DNA of 64,000 nt from Negaprion brevirostris (GCA_030324005.1 JARDVH010000059.1:94977141-95041140), one strand, 5' to 3'; shown: positions 49,769-61,433, numbered from the stretch's first letter. Translations and numbers: made by a program. The notes: a model not told the origin generated them from the sequence alone.

Positions 49769-50003
49769 GTGAGTATTTTGGTGCAATAAAAGAGCCTGCA
49801 AACTGTATAATTGCTATCTTTTTAAATAAAATTCTCAGTTTCCAAAACTGTTACTGGACTTCTCCAGTATGCTGCAGAGAGTAGACTTGCTCCACCGTGG
49901 TTAGGAGCATTTTTTTTTACAATATTGCCTAATTGGTAAATGTAGACTTGGAGTGGGGGGACGCCTGTTGACCAGAAACTGAACTGAGCAAGCCATTTAA
50001 ATA

Positions 50004-50602
50004 AGAACCGAGGATGATGGAACAACTCAGCAGGTCTGGCAGCACCTGTAAGGAGAGAAAACAGTTCATGTTTCAAATTTGGAGAAGGAGAAATGTGTTG
50101 GATATTAAACTTTGGCTGGGAGACATTACAACAAGATGTAGCAACCTTAAGAACAGGAGACAGATGTCCTAGTGTGGGAATGAGTGAGATGGAAGGGAGG
50201 GTTATTGCATTGAGACAATAAATGTAGGGGATTTTCTTTAATGTGGATTTAAAATGGAGGAAAAGGGTTTGAATTTAAAATGGTTGACTCAGTGTTGAAT
50301 CTTGAGGTCTGTAATGTGCCTCATTGGAAAATGAGATGCTGGTTTTCCAGCTTGCTTTGGACTTCACTGTGGAGCATTGCAGCAGACCAAGGATGAACAT
50401 ATGGGCATGAGAGTAAGGTACTGAGTTAAAATTGCAAGCAACAGGAAGATTGAGGTCATGCTTGTGGACTAAGCAGAGATGTTCTGCCAAGCAGTCACTC
50501 GGTCAGTATTTAGTCTCAACAATGTTGCAGAGACCACATTGGGCACAGAGAATACAGTCGATCAAATTGAACGAAGTGCAAATGAAATGCTGCTTAACCC
50601 AT
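50004..50602 (-). mobile_element. Penelope-like element relic (GIY-YIG endonuclease end plus terminal repeat)
   Basis: Minus strand reads F.CTSFNLIDCILC..CGLCNIVETK..AEHL..V....LPVACNFN; flanked by agccatttaaata / agccatataaata. Confidence 0.8.
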
Positions 50603-50905
50603 AGCCATATAAATACTGTGGCCACAAGAACAGATCAGAGGCTTGGAATTCCACGGTAAATAACTCGTCTCCCGCCTCCCCAAAACCTGCCCACCACTAC
50701 TTGGATACATATCGCTGCTCCATCGCTGTCGCTGGATCAAAATCACGGAATTCCTTCCCCAACGTCACTGTGGGCGTATTGACATCACATGGATTGCAGC
50801 GGTTCAAGAAGGCATCTCGCTGCCACCTCCTCGAGCGCAGTGGAGATGGGCAATAGATGCTGGTCTAGTCAGTACACCCACTTGCCATGAATGAATAAGA
50901 AAAAC
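50603..50905 (+). mobile_element. Second CR1-clade LINE 3' part; host of the Penelope insert, with an upstream piece at about 49960-50003
   Basis: DQKLN... continues as SHINTVATRTDQRLGI; tail ..ccatgaatgaataagaaaaa. Confidence 0.7.
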
Positions 50906-52059
50906 AGGAACGCAAGAACATCTTAAAGTATTCAACCCAATTTAACATTGGATTAAACAGCATTTTTCAGGTGTGAAGGGTTTCTCTCTAAAATAGTAAT
51001 CAAAACCCTTGTTTATGCCAATAATAGCTCCAGTACCTGTTTTTGTGTTTTAGGAAACATTGACAGTGACGAGTGGAGGTCTGTAAAACTGTTGCTGACC
51101 ATGACCACCTGTCACAACCCAGTCCAACTGTACACCTTTCCTCCACGTGGAAAGTACACCTTTCCTCTTCTGACACATAAAGCCACTGCCAGTGAGGCAA
51201 GAGACACTATCTGGGTGGTTGCGACGGTTAACCTGCTTGCATTATTTACATTAGACTCGAGGCCCAATTTGTGCACTCTGGTCTCCCAGTAATAGCACCT
51301 GTTATATACAATGCTGAATCTGGGCCTGAAAATGGGCTTTGAGAGAATATCTATCTACCTTTTGTCGTGTAAATGAACTGTTTGTGTTGTAAGAAAAGGT
51401 GACCAGAAGCAGCATGCAGTCACCATTTTTTAAAATTCCATGGGAGATGCATCTTGCATTAAAAGAAAATGCTGCCTCTTTCCCGATTTGCCTTTTCCAT
51501 TTGTATCTTGAACTTTCAGTCGTTTATACTCATGCAGGATATTCTTTGGTGTATTGAAATGCTGTGTAGTTCAACATTTTGTTGGCCTGTTCTCTACAAT
51601 ATGATGGTGTTTTTAAAGGCAAGTTTATGAAATTGCAGCTTTTTGGCATTTTTAGTTTGACAAATGCTTCGCCCAGGTGGACCTTAGAGTTCAATCAGAG
51701 CTCTGGCCTGGAGGTCCAGTTCATTCACTAGCCTTGCTAATCAGTACATGGACATGCCAGTGATCCTAATTCAGGGATTGACCCATTGTGCTGAATAACA
51801 TTTTTGAATATAACTGGGATTTCTCCTGCGCCCCACCTCCATTTTCTTAAATGCCTTGCTGTGTTTGGATGAAATACTAAAGTGCTGTACATTAAATGCA
51901 GCAGTTGTTCCCAATGCCTAGTGTCAATTGGGTGTATAGAAATGGAAACATTTCATGGCCAACATTGACTTCATCCATTTTACCTACACACTTTAATCAA
52001 CATATTTTTGTGGGCATTAGTCATAGTTCCAGTTTTTTAATTGCTGGATAAATACATTG

Positions 52060-52364
52060 GGGTGCCTTGGTAATTAACACTATTGCCTTGCAGCACCAGG
52101 GACCCGCGTTCAATTCCTGGCTTGGGTCACTGTCTGTGTGGAGTTTCTGTACTCTGCGTGGGTTTCTTTCAGGTGCTCCAGTTTCCTCCCACAGTCCAAA
52201 GATGTGCGTGTTAGGTGGATTGGCCATGCTAAATTGCCCCTCAGTGTTGGGGGTCCAGCTAGGGTAAATGCATGGGGTTATGGGAATAGGGCTTGGGTGG
52301 AATCGTGATTGGTGCAAACTTGATGGGCCAAATGGCCTCAGTCTGCACTGTAGAATTTCATGAT
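52060..52364 (+). mobile_element. HE1/V-type SINE
   Basis: cagcaccagggacccgcgttcaattcctggcttgggtcactgtctgtgtggagttt..; CR1-like tail. Confidence 0.85.
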
Positions 52365-52460
52365 TGTCTGATTTTTATCGTCATTTCATTGTTGAACTGG
52401 TTAACTTGCTCATGGTAGATATGATGTACTGTGTTCTCAAAATGGAATTTTTCCATTCAG

Positions 52461-52633
52461 GTTCTGGTCTCCATGACAAGGATGATGAAACGCTGTCCAC
52501 AGAAGCAGGCCATAATCACCCATTCTTCCGTCGTTCTGATTCCATGACCTTCCTTGGCTGTATTCCACCAAATCCATTTGAAGTTTCTTTGGCTGAAGCA
52601 ATTCCACTAGCAGATCAACCTCACCTTTTACAG
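52461..52633 (+). CDS. UBR5: UBR5 exon SSGLHDKDDE...HPFFRRSDSMTFLGC...PHLLQ
   Basis: ttcag|GT ... CAG|gtaaat; phase 1-0. Confidence 0.95.
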
Positions 52634-52847
52634 GTAAATGGCAGAAGCAGTAAATGGTCTATTCATGGGCACTCTTTGTGGAGGCTACTTGCTGTGTTTG
52701 TGTTAATAATGACGCAGTGGCTGCCTTTGCAAATGGTATTCCTGCACTTGAGCTTCTGAAAGGATTTAGATTAAACAGATTTATTAATTCTTTGGAGGCA
52801 AATGTTTTTAATTGGGTGTTCTTAGTTCTTGTTTTCTCTTTCTCCAG

Positions 52848-52961
52848 CCCAATGCTAGAAAGGAAGATTTATTTGGCCGCCCAAGCCAAGGTTTATATTC
52901 ATCCTTTTCAGGCCTTGGGAAAGGTGTAACTGAAGTAACTGTTGACCGAAACTGCTTAGAG
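52848..52961 (+). CDS. UBR5: UBR5 exon PNARKEDLFGRPSQGLY...DRNCLE
   Basis: tccag|CCC ... GAG|gtaaga; phase 0-0. Confidence 0.95.
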
Positions 52962-53388
52962 GTAAGATTTTCATGATTACTTGTAATTTACTGTCTTCAA
53001 AAATAGCTTTTTCATTTTTGTATATAGAAAGGATTTTTAGTGCAAGAGTAGTGCAGTGGGCAAGGAACCTCCTTTAGGAATTTCTGAAGTACTCCTTCAG
53101 CACCATCTGTTCTGCCAATTTTCTATAGAAGCACATGACTGTTATCTCCATGGAGTTTCTCAAGAAGACACCAGCAGAGTACAAGTTTCTACATTTCCCA
53201 GATAATTCTCTTAAACTGCAAGCTTTGTTTACAGGGTTACTAGAGTACAACAGCGATTTGTGTTTGTATAGCACCCAGACTACAGCAAACCATAGTCCAT
53301 GAATTAACTTGGAGCTGAATTAACCAAATATATTTTTTAAAATCTGAACATTTCTCATCTGCTGGAATGCTGTGGTCCTATTCCTCAG

Positions 53389-53609
53389 GTGCTTCCCACA
53401 AAAATGTCTTACTCGTCTAACCTGAAGAATGTTATGAGTATGCAGAATCGTCAGAGGAAGGCAGCCGATGAGCAAGTATTACCAGAAGATGAGTCTGAAA
53501 ACTCACGAATAGGGCCATCTGCTCAGGATCTTGCAGCACAACTAAAAAGCAGCTTATTGGCTGAGATTGGGCTTACTGAGAGCGAAGGACCACCACTTAC
53601 TTCATTTAG
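53389..53609 (+). CDS. UBR5: UBR5 exon VLPTKMSYSSNLKNVM...GPPLTSF
   Basis: ctcag|GTG ... TTTAG|gtaact; phase 0-2. Confidence 0.95.
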
Positions 53610-53769
53610 GTAACTACTCTTCGCAGTCCTTAGTAATCTTGTTCTTTGATTGAATTCAAATTCTTTCCAAATGGGATAAAATGGCTCAAAGCTGCATTGT
53701 GTATTTCACCATGTTCTCTAATAGTTTCAGAAATTTATCATTTCTTCTTGTTTTTTTTTTGATTACCAG

Positions 53770-53890
53770 GCCACAGTGTAGTTTCATGGGAATGGTTGTT
53801 TCTCATGACATGTTGTTAGGACGTTGGCGCCTGTCTTTGGAACTTTTTGGAAGAGTGTTTATGGAAGATGTAGGAGCTGAACCTGGATCG
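53770..53890 (+). CDS. UBR5: UBR5 exon [28 protein letters not shown]...EPGS
   Basis: accag|G ... TCG|gtaagg; phase 2-0. Confidence 0.95.
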
Positions 53891-54019
53891 GTAAGGATTA
53901 TATTTAAAGTACAGCATTCTAACAAGATAATAAAACTGGAAAATTCTCACTTGTTTTCAAGCTGAATGTGGTTTTATGCAGCACTTCAAATAATGTAGAG
54001 TGGACTTTTCCTTCGACAG

Positions 54020-54118
54020 ATTTTGACTGAACTTGGTGGGTTTGAAGTGAAGGAGTCGAAGTTCCGGCGAGAAATGGAGAAACTAAGAAATGCTCAGTCC
54101 AGAGATCTAACTCTAGAG
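54020..54118 (+). CDS. UBR5: UBR5 exon ILTELGGFEVKESKFRREMEKLRN...LTLE
   Basis: gacag|ATT ... GAG|gtaata; phase 0-0. Confidence 0.95.
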
Positions 54119-54374
54119 GTAATAAAACTGCATGAATTCATGATTGCTGCATGGGCACCTTTTACTTCCTTTCCTTGTCCCTGGACACACCCCTTTGTCT
54201 CTTTCTGGGAGATAATATAAGAGATGCTCATGTGGTTATTATAGTTTTGCAACTTTTGTATAAAACCATAGCCATTTATTTGTTGTAATAAAAGCAATCC
54301 CTACATGTTTTTGTTTCTCTTTGGGAGCTGGTGACATTCGCATGGGTAATGATAGCCAGGTAGCCATCTTATTA

Positions 54375-54690
54375 CACAAAGCATAGATCAACTAAGTAGT
54401 CAATATCTTTTCCCAAAGGTAGGGGAGTCTAAAAAACTAGAGGGCATAGGTTTAAGGTGAGAGGGAAGAGATANNNNNNNNNNNNNNNNNNNNNNNNNNN
54501 NNNNNNNNNNNNNNNNNNNNNNNNNNNNNNNNNNNNNCAGATACAATTATCTTTTAGAAAGTATTTAGACAATTATATGGGTAAGATGGGTATAGAGGGA
54601 TGTGAGCCTAGCTTAGTGGTTTAAAAATGGTGCAGCGTGGACAAATTGGGCTGAAGGGCCTGTTTCCATGGTGTAAACCTCTATGACTAA
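54375..54690 (+). mobile_element. CR1 3' end, gapped
   Basis: actagagggcataggtttaaggtgagagg..gggctgaagggcctgtttccatg. Confidence 0.8.
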
Positions 54691-55182
54691 ATGAACCTGG
54701 GCAATAGGTTCCTAACTATAGGGAACATTACAATTGAGGTTAATTTGACTTGACCCCAGTTTCCATGTGCACATTTACCAGCAGAAAATAACTTGATGAC
54801 AGTGAACACTGAGGAACCTGGTTGATTTTTTTTCCTCTTTCCTGGCTTCAAAATGTTTGCATCAATTATAATTCCCATCTCTTAACTGGCTACAAAAATT
54901 CATGCAGTGCAGGGATTAAATCTGAGAACTCTGGGTTATGTAAGATGTTGCCAGTTCCCAGAAATCTTGACCTGGTTTTAGCTGACATGTAATGGAAACT
55001 GTGGATATATGTTTGCTATTATAAGTCTGTTTCCATTCGGTCACAAGGTTTTTTTATATGGAAGCTTCTATTATTTGGATAGTACTTGCTCTTTTCAACT
55101 AAGCTCATGTACGTCTCAGCATTTGAACCAATGTTGTTAAGGGCTGTAAGGCTGTTGATGTTTAATTTCTATGGTGTTTCAG

Positions 55183-55426
55183 GTCGATCGGGATCGTGAC
55201 CTCTTGATTCAGCAAACGATGAGGCAACTGAATAATCACTTTGGCCGCCGATGCACTACAACTCCGATGACTGTGCACAGGGTGAAGGTCACTTTCAAAG
55301 ATGAACCAGGAGAGGGCAGTGGAGTGGCTCGAAGCTTTTATACTGCAATTGCACAAGCGTTTCTGTCGAGTGAAAAATTGCCGAACCTGGACTGTATACA
55401 GAATGCTAGCAAGGGATTACAAACCA
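55183..55426 (+). CDS. UBR5: UBR5 exon VDRDRDLLIQQTMRQL...FKDEPGEGSGVARSFY...GLQT
   Basis: ttcag|GTC ... ACCA|gtatgt; phase 0-1. Confidence 0.95.
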
Positions 55427-56260
55427 GTATGTGACCTTTTGAGTATTCTACAACAAAAAAGCCAGTATATGTTCACAATCACTAAATCGTTTGAAAGAAA
55501 AATTAATGGTGGTACTTAATGTTACAAGCATCTAAACTGATTTAAGATGCAGGATAAGTTTGGGCATAATTTGTAGCTGCGATAATCTGAAGTTGCAGTA
55601 TCTGTTCGTTGCTGATCAGGCCAGAGATACGCAGCCATGACATCTTAAAGTGCGTGCCTTTTCCACATCATTTAGCCTCTACCCCCACTGATGGTTATTG
55701 CATCAAAGGAGCAAATCATCAAATAGTAGAACATTGCAAATAGAGTTTAAGAGGGCAAATAGTTTGCTGAAGTCTTTTAAGCAAATTGTTTGTTGAAACT
55801 TGGCCTTCCTTTCTTAAATAACAAAGCACATGATGGTCAAACTACCGATCTCCCTCATGACCAAGCTATTTTTGTAAGTTTGGTACATAATCCTTTTCTG
55901 CAAAACAATATCAGGATGCTAGACAGAATACATAGTTGTTTGTTCCATTTTAAGCCTGGAGTTAGTCCTTTGAGTATTGCTCTGTTATGTGCATAATACA
56001 GAACAGGATTTACAAAACCTCCTGTGTTGGATCAGTTTGTTAATGTTATGTATGTATATATGCAGAGATGTGGGGTTTTGATCATCTTGGAAGTGTTTCA
56101 TGTTATGATTAGACCTAAAATACATTAATAATATTTGTACACAGCTTTGAAATCTTGCAAAAGTTACAATTTTAGTCCTGGAAAATTAATTTAATCATTG
56201 GTACCAGCTGTTTCTTTAAGCACAAAAGTTGAATTTTATGATTTTTAAAAAAAAATTTAG

Positions 56261-56369
56261 GCCTAATGCAGCGACTGAGAAATCGAGAGCGAGAGCGGGA
56301 AAGAGAGAGAGANNNNNNNNNNNNNNNNNNNNNNNNNNNNNNNNNNNNNNCTCGTCGAGACAGAGATCG
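56261..56369 (+). CDS. UBR5: UBR5 RE/RD-rich exon SLMQRLRNRERERERE...RRDRD (internal N gap at 56313-56350)
   Basis: tttag|GC ... GATCG|gtgagt; phase 1-2; middle unresolved because of the (GA)-repeat gap. Confidence 0.88.
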
Positions 56370-57807
56370 GTGAGTCTGAAAGCCAGTTGTTTTAACAGCT
56401 GTTGGATGCATTGGCTTCATATGATATGAAGCTTCTGTTACATCTACACACACACGAGCATGCGCACACATATACGATTAACTTCTATACTGTTCCTGTT
56501 TAACTAGCAGTCGGGGTCTTGCTCTGGTTTGAGTGTATATTCAGTCGACTAACTAAAGAGAGAGATGTGGTGGCATAAAGTTCAACTGTAATCAGTTCTG
56601 TCCCTTTGCATTTGTCATCCATTTAAATTAATTTCGAACAATATGATAGCATTGCTGTGAGCATGTGTAGCAGTAGTTTTCTTAGGTTTCTCTGCAAGCC
56701 GCAACTTAGAGGAAACTAACAATGGCATAACTTTATATGTGATAGAGCTTGAGTTTTGTTTTTAACTAGATCGGTGAAACCCAGTGCCAGCTCACGTTTG
56801 TGACATAGCTAAGCTTAAAAATCATTTCTATTTGCTGTCCAATCTGTTGTCTCCTCAAGACGTCAATGTTGTTCTTGCATGTAGCATAATCAATACTGTC
56901 CCNNNNNNNNNNTATCAATATCTTAAGAATTGCTGTCTCGACGATTGAACTTAGTTGTCATTAAACTTGACAAGTGATGATCTGTTATTCCAGATTCCTT
57001 TTTGAACTGTGTTTGCTGGAATGGTTAGTGCATTTGTTAAACATTGTACTTCACTGGCTTTGTCAATCTTCTAAGTTTGTCAAATTTTTTTGAAAACTGG
57101 CTTGAACTACACCATTTCTGACCAGGGTTTGTGAAAATCCATTGCATGGAACTCTTGCAATATTCTGAATTGTTACAGACCTGTGTTGCATGTGATGTTT
57201 GAATTAACTCAAAACATTTCAGTATTTTTCACATCAAATTGCTACTTGGAGCTGTAATTGCAAATTCATTTAATCAGCTTTTACATTGCCCAGCTAAACT
57301 TTAGAGTGGCTGCTTGATAATGGTCATTGTCAATTTTAATGACCCAATGGCTGGCATGCGCCTGAGCCAATAAAATGCCAGTGCTGTCAAATTACATTGA
57401 AAATCTCCACAAACTTTGCATGCTGTACAAAATAATCAGATTTGACCCTAGAAGATAAATCAATGAATTGAATAGCTTCCTTCTACCTCAGCTTGCAAAG
57501 CTGTATGACAAATTATTGCAGCTTTTAATTTAGTCTTACTGTTAAAAGAAATTGAGCATAGCATATAGTATTCTATATGAAGAATAGAGGCACTGATTTT
57601 GTTACTTGAGGGTATATTTCCACACTTTTGAAATAATTAAGAGCCTCAGGGTAATGCCACTCTGGTTTTTAGTTTAGTATTGAAGGAATAATGAGAGTGA
57701 ACGATGAACTAAACATGTTAAATAAACAAACATGTTCTGAGGCTTGTGGTTCAGCTATAGCACAATCAGCAATTACTGAATTTAAGTATTTGTTCTCAAT
57801 TTTGTAG

Positions 57808-57952
57808 GGAATCAAGAAGGCAACTTTCCATAGACACCAGACCTTTCCGGCCAGCATCAGAAGGAAATCCTAGTGATGACCCAGATCCACTGCCAGCCCA
57901 TCGACAAGCACTTGGAGAGCGGCTGTATCCTCGGGTTCAAGCAATGCAGCCA
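57808..57952 (+). CDS. UBR5: UBR5 exon RESRRQLSIDTRPF...LGERLYPRVQAMQP (MLLE/PABC start)
   Basis: tgtag|G ... CCA|gtaagt; phase 2-0. Confidence 0.95.
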
Positions 57953-58096
57953 GTAAGTGCAATGTAGTGTAGAGTCGATCCATTTTGTGATAATCTTTAC
58001 CTGTAGATTCTTATCAAAACTGGGTTTATTTTGGAAAATCTTGTAAAGTGATTATGTAAATTTAACTTGGATTGAAAGTTGTAGTGTATTAATTGA

Positions 58097-58243
<147 letters not shown>

Positions 58244-58336
58244 TAAAATACATTTGAAAAATGAATACCCTGGCTAATCCTGCGTTTGTGATTTTAAAAT
58301 CTGGCCCAGTAAATAATGCAATTTTATTTTTTGCAG

Positions 58337-58397
58337 GGAAAATGGTGCTGATAGTATATTGGACTTGGGATTGCTCGATTCGTCAGACAAATCTCAG
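58337..58397 (+). CDS. UBR5: UBR5 exon RENGADSILDLGLLDSSDKSQ
   Basis: tgcag|G ... CAG|gtaaag; phase 2-0. Confidence 0.94.
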
Positions 58398-58689
58398 GTA
58401 AAGGAAAATTGCCTTCTGTGACTAAATCTAATCATTTGTATTGGAGACTATGGGATAGTGTTACAGTAAAGGAAAACTTTTCATAATGAAAAGTATGCAA
58501 TAAGTACTATTATTTGACTTATTAAATTTTTTGCGTGACTTCCATGTTCATGCTTGTTTTCATCAGCTTTTATTGATTGTGGTATTTTGTTGTGAGTAAT
58601 AAATTTCTCACCGCAGCAACTAGTGGTTGCAAGTTTAATTTCCAGTGCTAGCTTTTTCTATTTTATTCCCAAAATCATGGGGTCATCAG

Positions 58690-59610
58690 GTCACGGAGGG
58701 AAGCCAGTTGGCCCATCAAATTGATGTCTGTCTGTTATAGACCAGTCCAGTCAGTTCCATTCTGCCACTGTTATACCTGAAGCCCTGCAGATTTATTTCT
58801 CTGATGTCTATTTTAAATCCCAGATTGTCTCTGCTTTTACAGCCCTTGTAGACAGCAAGTTCCTGGTCATTATTGCTGGCTATGTAATTACTTCTCACTT
58901 CGCCCTGTATTCCTTTGCCTAAACACTTACAAAGACTAGGGGATAGAAATTTTTAATGTTAGCTAATGGAGCAACTTTTCTTCATCTGCCATATCTAAAC
59001 TTGTTATCTTGTATTCCCCCCTCATTTACCTTTGCTCCAAGAAAGACCAACCCAAACTTCTTCCATTTCTACCCTCAGCTTTGAAGAATCATACGGACTC
59101 AAAACATTAACTGTTTCTCTCTTCACAATGCTGTCAGGCCTGTTGAGCTTTTCCAGAATTTTCTGTTTTATCCCAGCTTCAACCTAATTTGTAGCTAAAA
59201 CCCTCTTGTCCTTGGACACCATTCTTGTAAATCTCCTCTGCATCCTCTCAAGGACCTTGATATCCTTCTGAATGTGTGGGATCAGAACTAGACTCGATAC
59301 TCCAGAGTTTCAAGAAGTTCTAGCATAACTTTCCTATTTCTGTATTTTTATTTATGAAATTCAAGATCCCATATGCTTTGCTATTTTCATATGTCCTGCC
59401 ATGTATAAAACTTTATGCACCTAAATACTCTTGTCCCACTATCCCCATACACGCTTGTAACTAAACCTTTGAGTCTGTGTTGCTTCTCCCTATCCCTCTG
59501 TCAAATTCGTATCTTTTACTTATCCACTCATTCTGCTGTGTGTGTATATGTTGCATTTGATTGGCATCATCCTTACTGTCTGCACTCCTCCAAGTTTGGT
59601 GTCAGCATCA
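58690..59610 (-). mobile_element. Decayed CR1 3' part with a Penelope-terminus fragment inserted at about 59075-59180
   Basis: Reversed ORF2-end segments (ctctgcatcctctc..cagaactagac..gatactccag) and tail ggcccatc. Confidence 0.65.
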
Positions 59611-59807
59611 AATTTTGATGTTTTATTCTATTCTAATAACAAAATGATTGATGTATGTTTAAAAAAAATTGAGTTGGCCTGCCCATATGATTCATGTACT
59701 ACTGCTGCAGAGGAGAGAAAAGCAAGAATTTAATTAGCCAGGAAGTATGTAGCCCTGCTATAACTGATGCTTCTAAAAGTTATGGATGATTTTTAATTGA
59801 TCTGCAG

Positions 59808-59983
59808 CAGGACACTAGAAAACGGCATGGTTCAAGTCGAAGTGTGGTTGATATGGAATTGGATGAGCCAGATGATGGTGACAATGCACCTCTCTTCTAC
59901 CAGCCTGGAAAACGAGGATTCTACTCACCAAGGCCAGGCAAAAACACAGAAGCACGCCTCAATTGTTTCCGTAATATCGGCAG
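59808..59983 (+). CDS. UBR5: UBR5 exon (Q)[14 protein letters not shown]...[12 protein letters not shown]...FRNIG (HECT start; alternative acceptor 59811)
   Basis: tgcag|CAG|GAC tandem acceptor ... GGCAG|gtaaaa; phase 0-2. Confidence 0.94.
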
Positions 59984-60104
59984 GTAAAACCAGGTGTAAC
60001 CATCTTCTGGAGTTAGACCACTAGCAGTTGTTTATGTATTGTGGTTGTTGGGATATTAGTAATTCATACTTTAATGTTATTAATATATTCTCGCATTCTT
60101 TCAG

Positions 60105-60189
60105 GATATTGGGTCTATGTCTATTACAAAATGAGCTCTGCCCTATAACCCTAAATAGACATGTTATTAAAGTTCTGCTAGGAAGAAAG
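60105..60189 (+). CDS. UBR5: UBR5 exon RILGLCLLQNELCPITLNRHVIKVLLGRK (HECT)
   Basis: ttcag|G ... AAG|gtaagt; phase 2-0. Confidence 0.95.
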
Positions 60190-60288
60190 GTAAGTGCCGA
60201 CTTCTATAGAATGCATTGTTTATTGATGTTTTATATTACACATACTATATTCGTTCTTCATTTTGAAAATCGTTTATTAATTCTGCAG

Positions 60289-60444
60289 GTGAATTGGCAT
60301 GATTTTGCTTTCTTTGATCATGTGATGTATGAAAGTTTACGCCAACTCATCCTCGCCTCTCAGAGCCAAGATGCATATGCGGTTTTTGCAGCAATGGACC
60401 TAGCTTTTGCTATTGATCTATGTAAAGAAGAAGGTGGAGGGCAG
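60289..60444 (+). CDS. UBR5: UBR5 exon VNWHDFAFFDHVMYESLRQL...CKEEGGGQ (HECT N-lobe)
   Basis: tgcag|GTG ... CAG|gtatga; phase 0-0. Confidence 0.95.
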
Positions 60445-61433
60445 GTATGATGGTTTTTCAATGACTCTTTGTAATTAGTAAAACTGGTTCAATTTTAAGG
60501 AGATGAATAAAAACATGAATGTATTGTTTCTCATAACTGCATTTGCATTGTTAGGGGCAGGAGAGGTGTTAAACAGCATTAATTTCACCCCTTTCCACCC
60601 TTCCATAAATAGAGAAGGGCTTTTGTTTGTTTTCCACTTTGTAAGTATTTCCTCACCCCTTGTTTTTCATGTGATCCAATTTTCTAATAATCCCATAGCA
60701 AATTTGGGTTAGAATGAACTCAGTTGATTTATTTGCACACATTCAAAATGGCATTTTAGCATTGCCTCCACACTTGGTCAGTAATGAGAGGGACAGAGAA
60801 AAGAAGGATTTACAATAGAGACCACGGAGAAAATCGATACTGGTTCACATGGGTTCCAGAGTCCTGAATCAAAGCCCAGTGAAGTATTCTTTCCCAAAGG
60901 TCAGCATATAATTCACTTCTTCCAGTGATAACTTCACACGATAAGACGGGCATACAAAGATGATTGAGTTTTGTAGGCGATTGTACAGAACTTGCAGCAA
61001 AAGCAGGTTAGATGGGGCCATATGTCCAACCTGGGCTCGAGCTCCTTTAGTGCGGCCTGCTTGTCAAATGTTAAAACAGCAGACTCAGCTATTCAGCCCA
61101 GCAAGGCAGTATTTCTACTTAGTGCTGAACACATAAAACAGACAACTTTTCTCCTACCTTAAGATCCAGAGCTCCCTACTGCATTTCTCCAACTTTCCTT
61201 CATTGAAAATTTAAAGAAAGCAAAAGAGTACAATGGAAGTGGGATTACCCAGCATCCATAGCAGTAATGAAAGCCCTCTATTAGGGCAATAGTGTTAGAG
61301 AAATGAGACAGGCCATTCAACCCAACCAATCAACATTGTTTTTTATGCTCCACTCATGCTGTAGTCCCAATTCTATAACCCACTATTTTTCCCATGTCTC
61401 CCTTTCCTTCAAACACCTTTATAATCTTTTTAC

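Noticed and set aside
51130-51167. Short local duplications (GTACACCTTTCCTC x2; also about 26622-26657 and 29709-29770)
   Set aside because: Two-copy slippage-type duplications, not arrays; no CRISPR-like repeat-spacer structure in this eukaryotic window.
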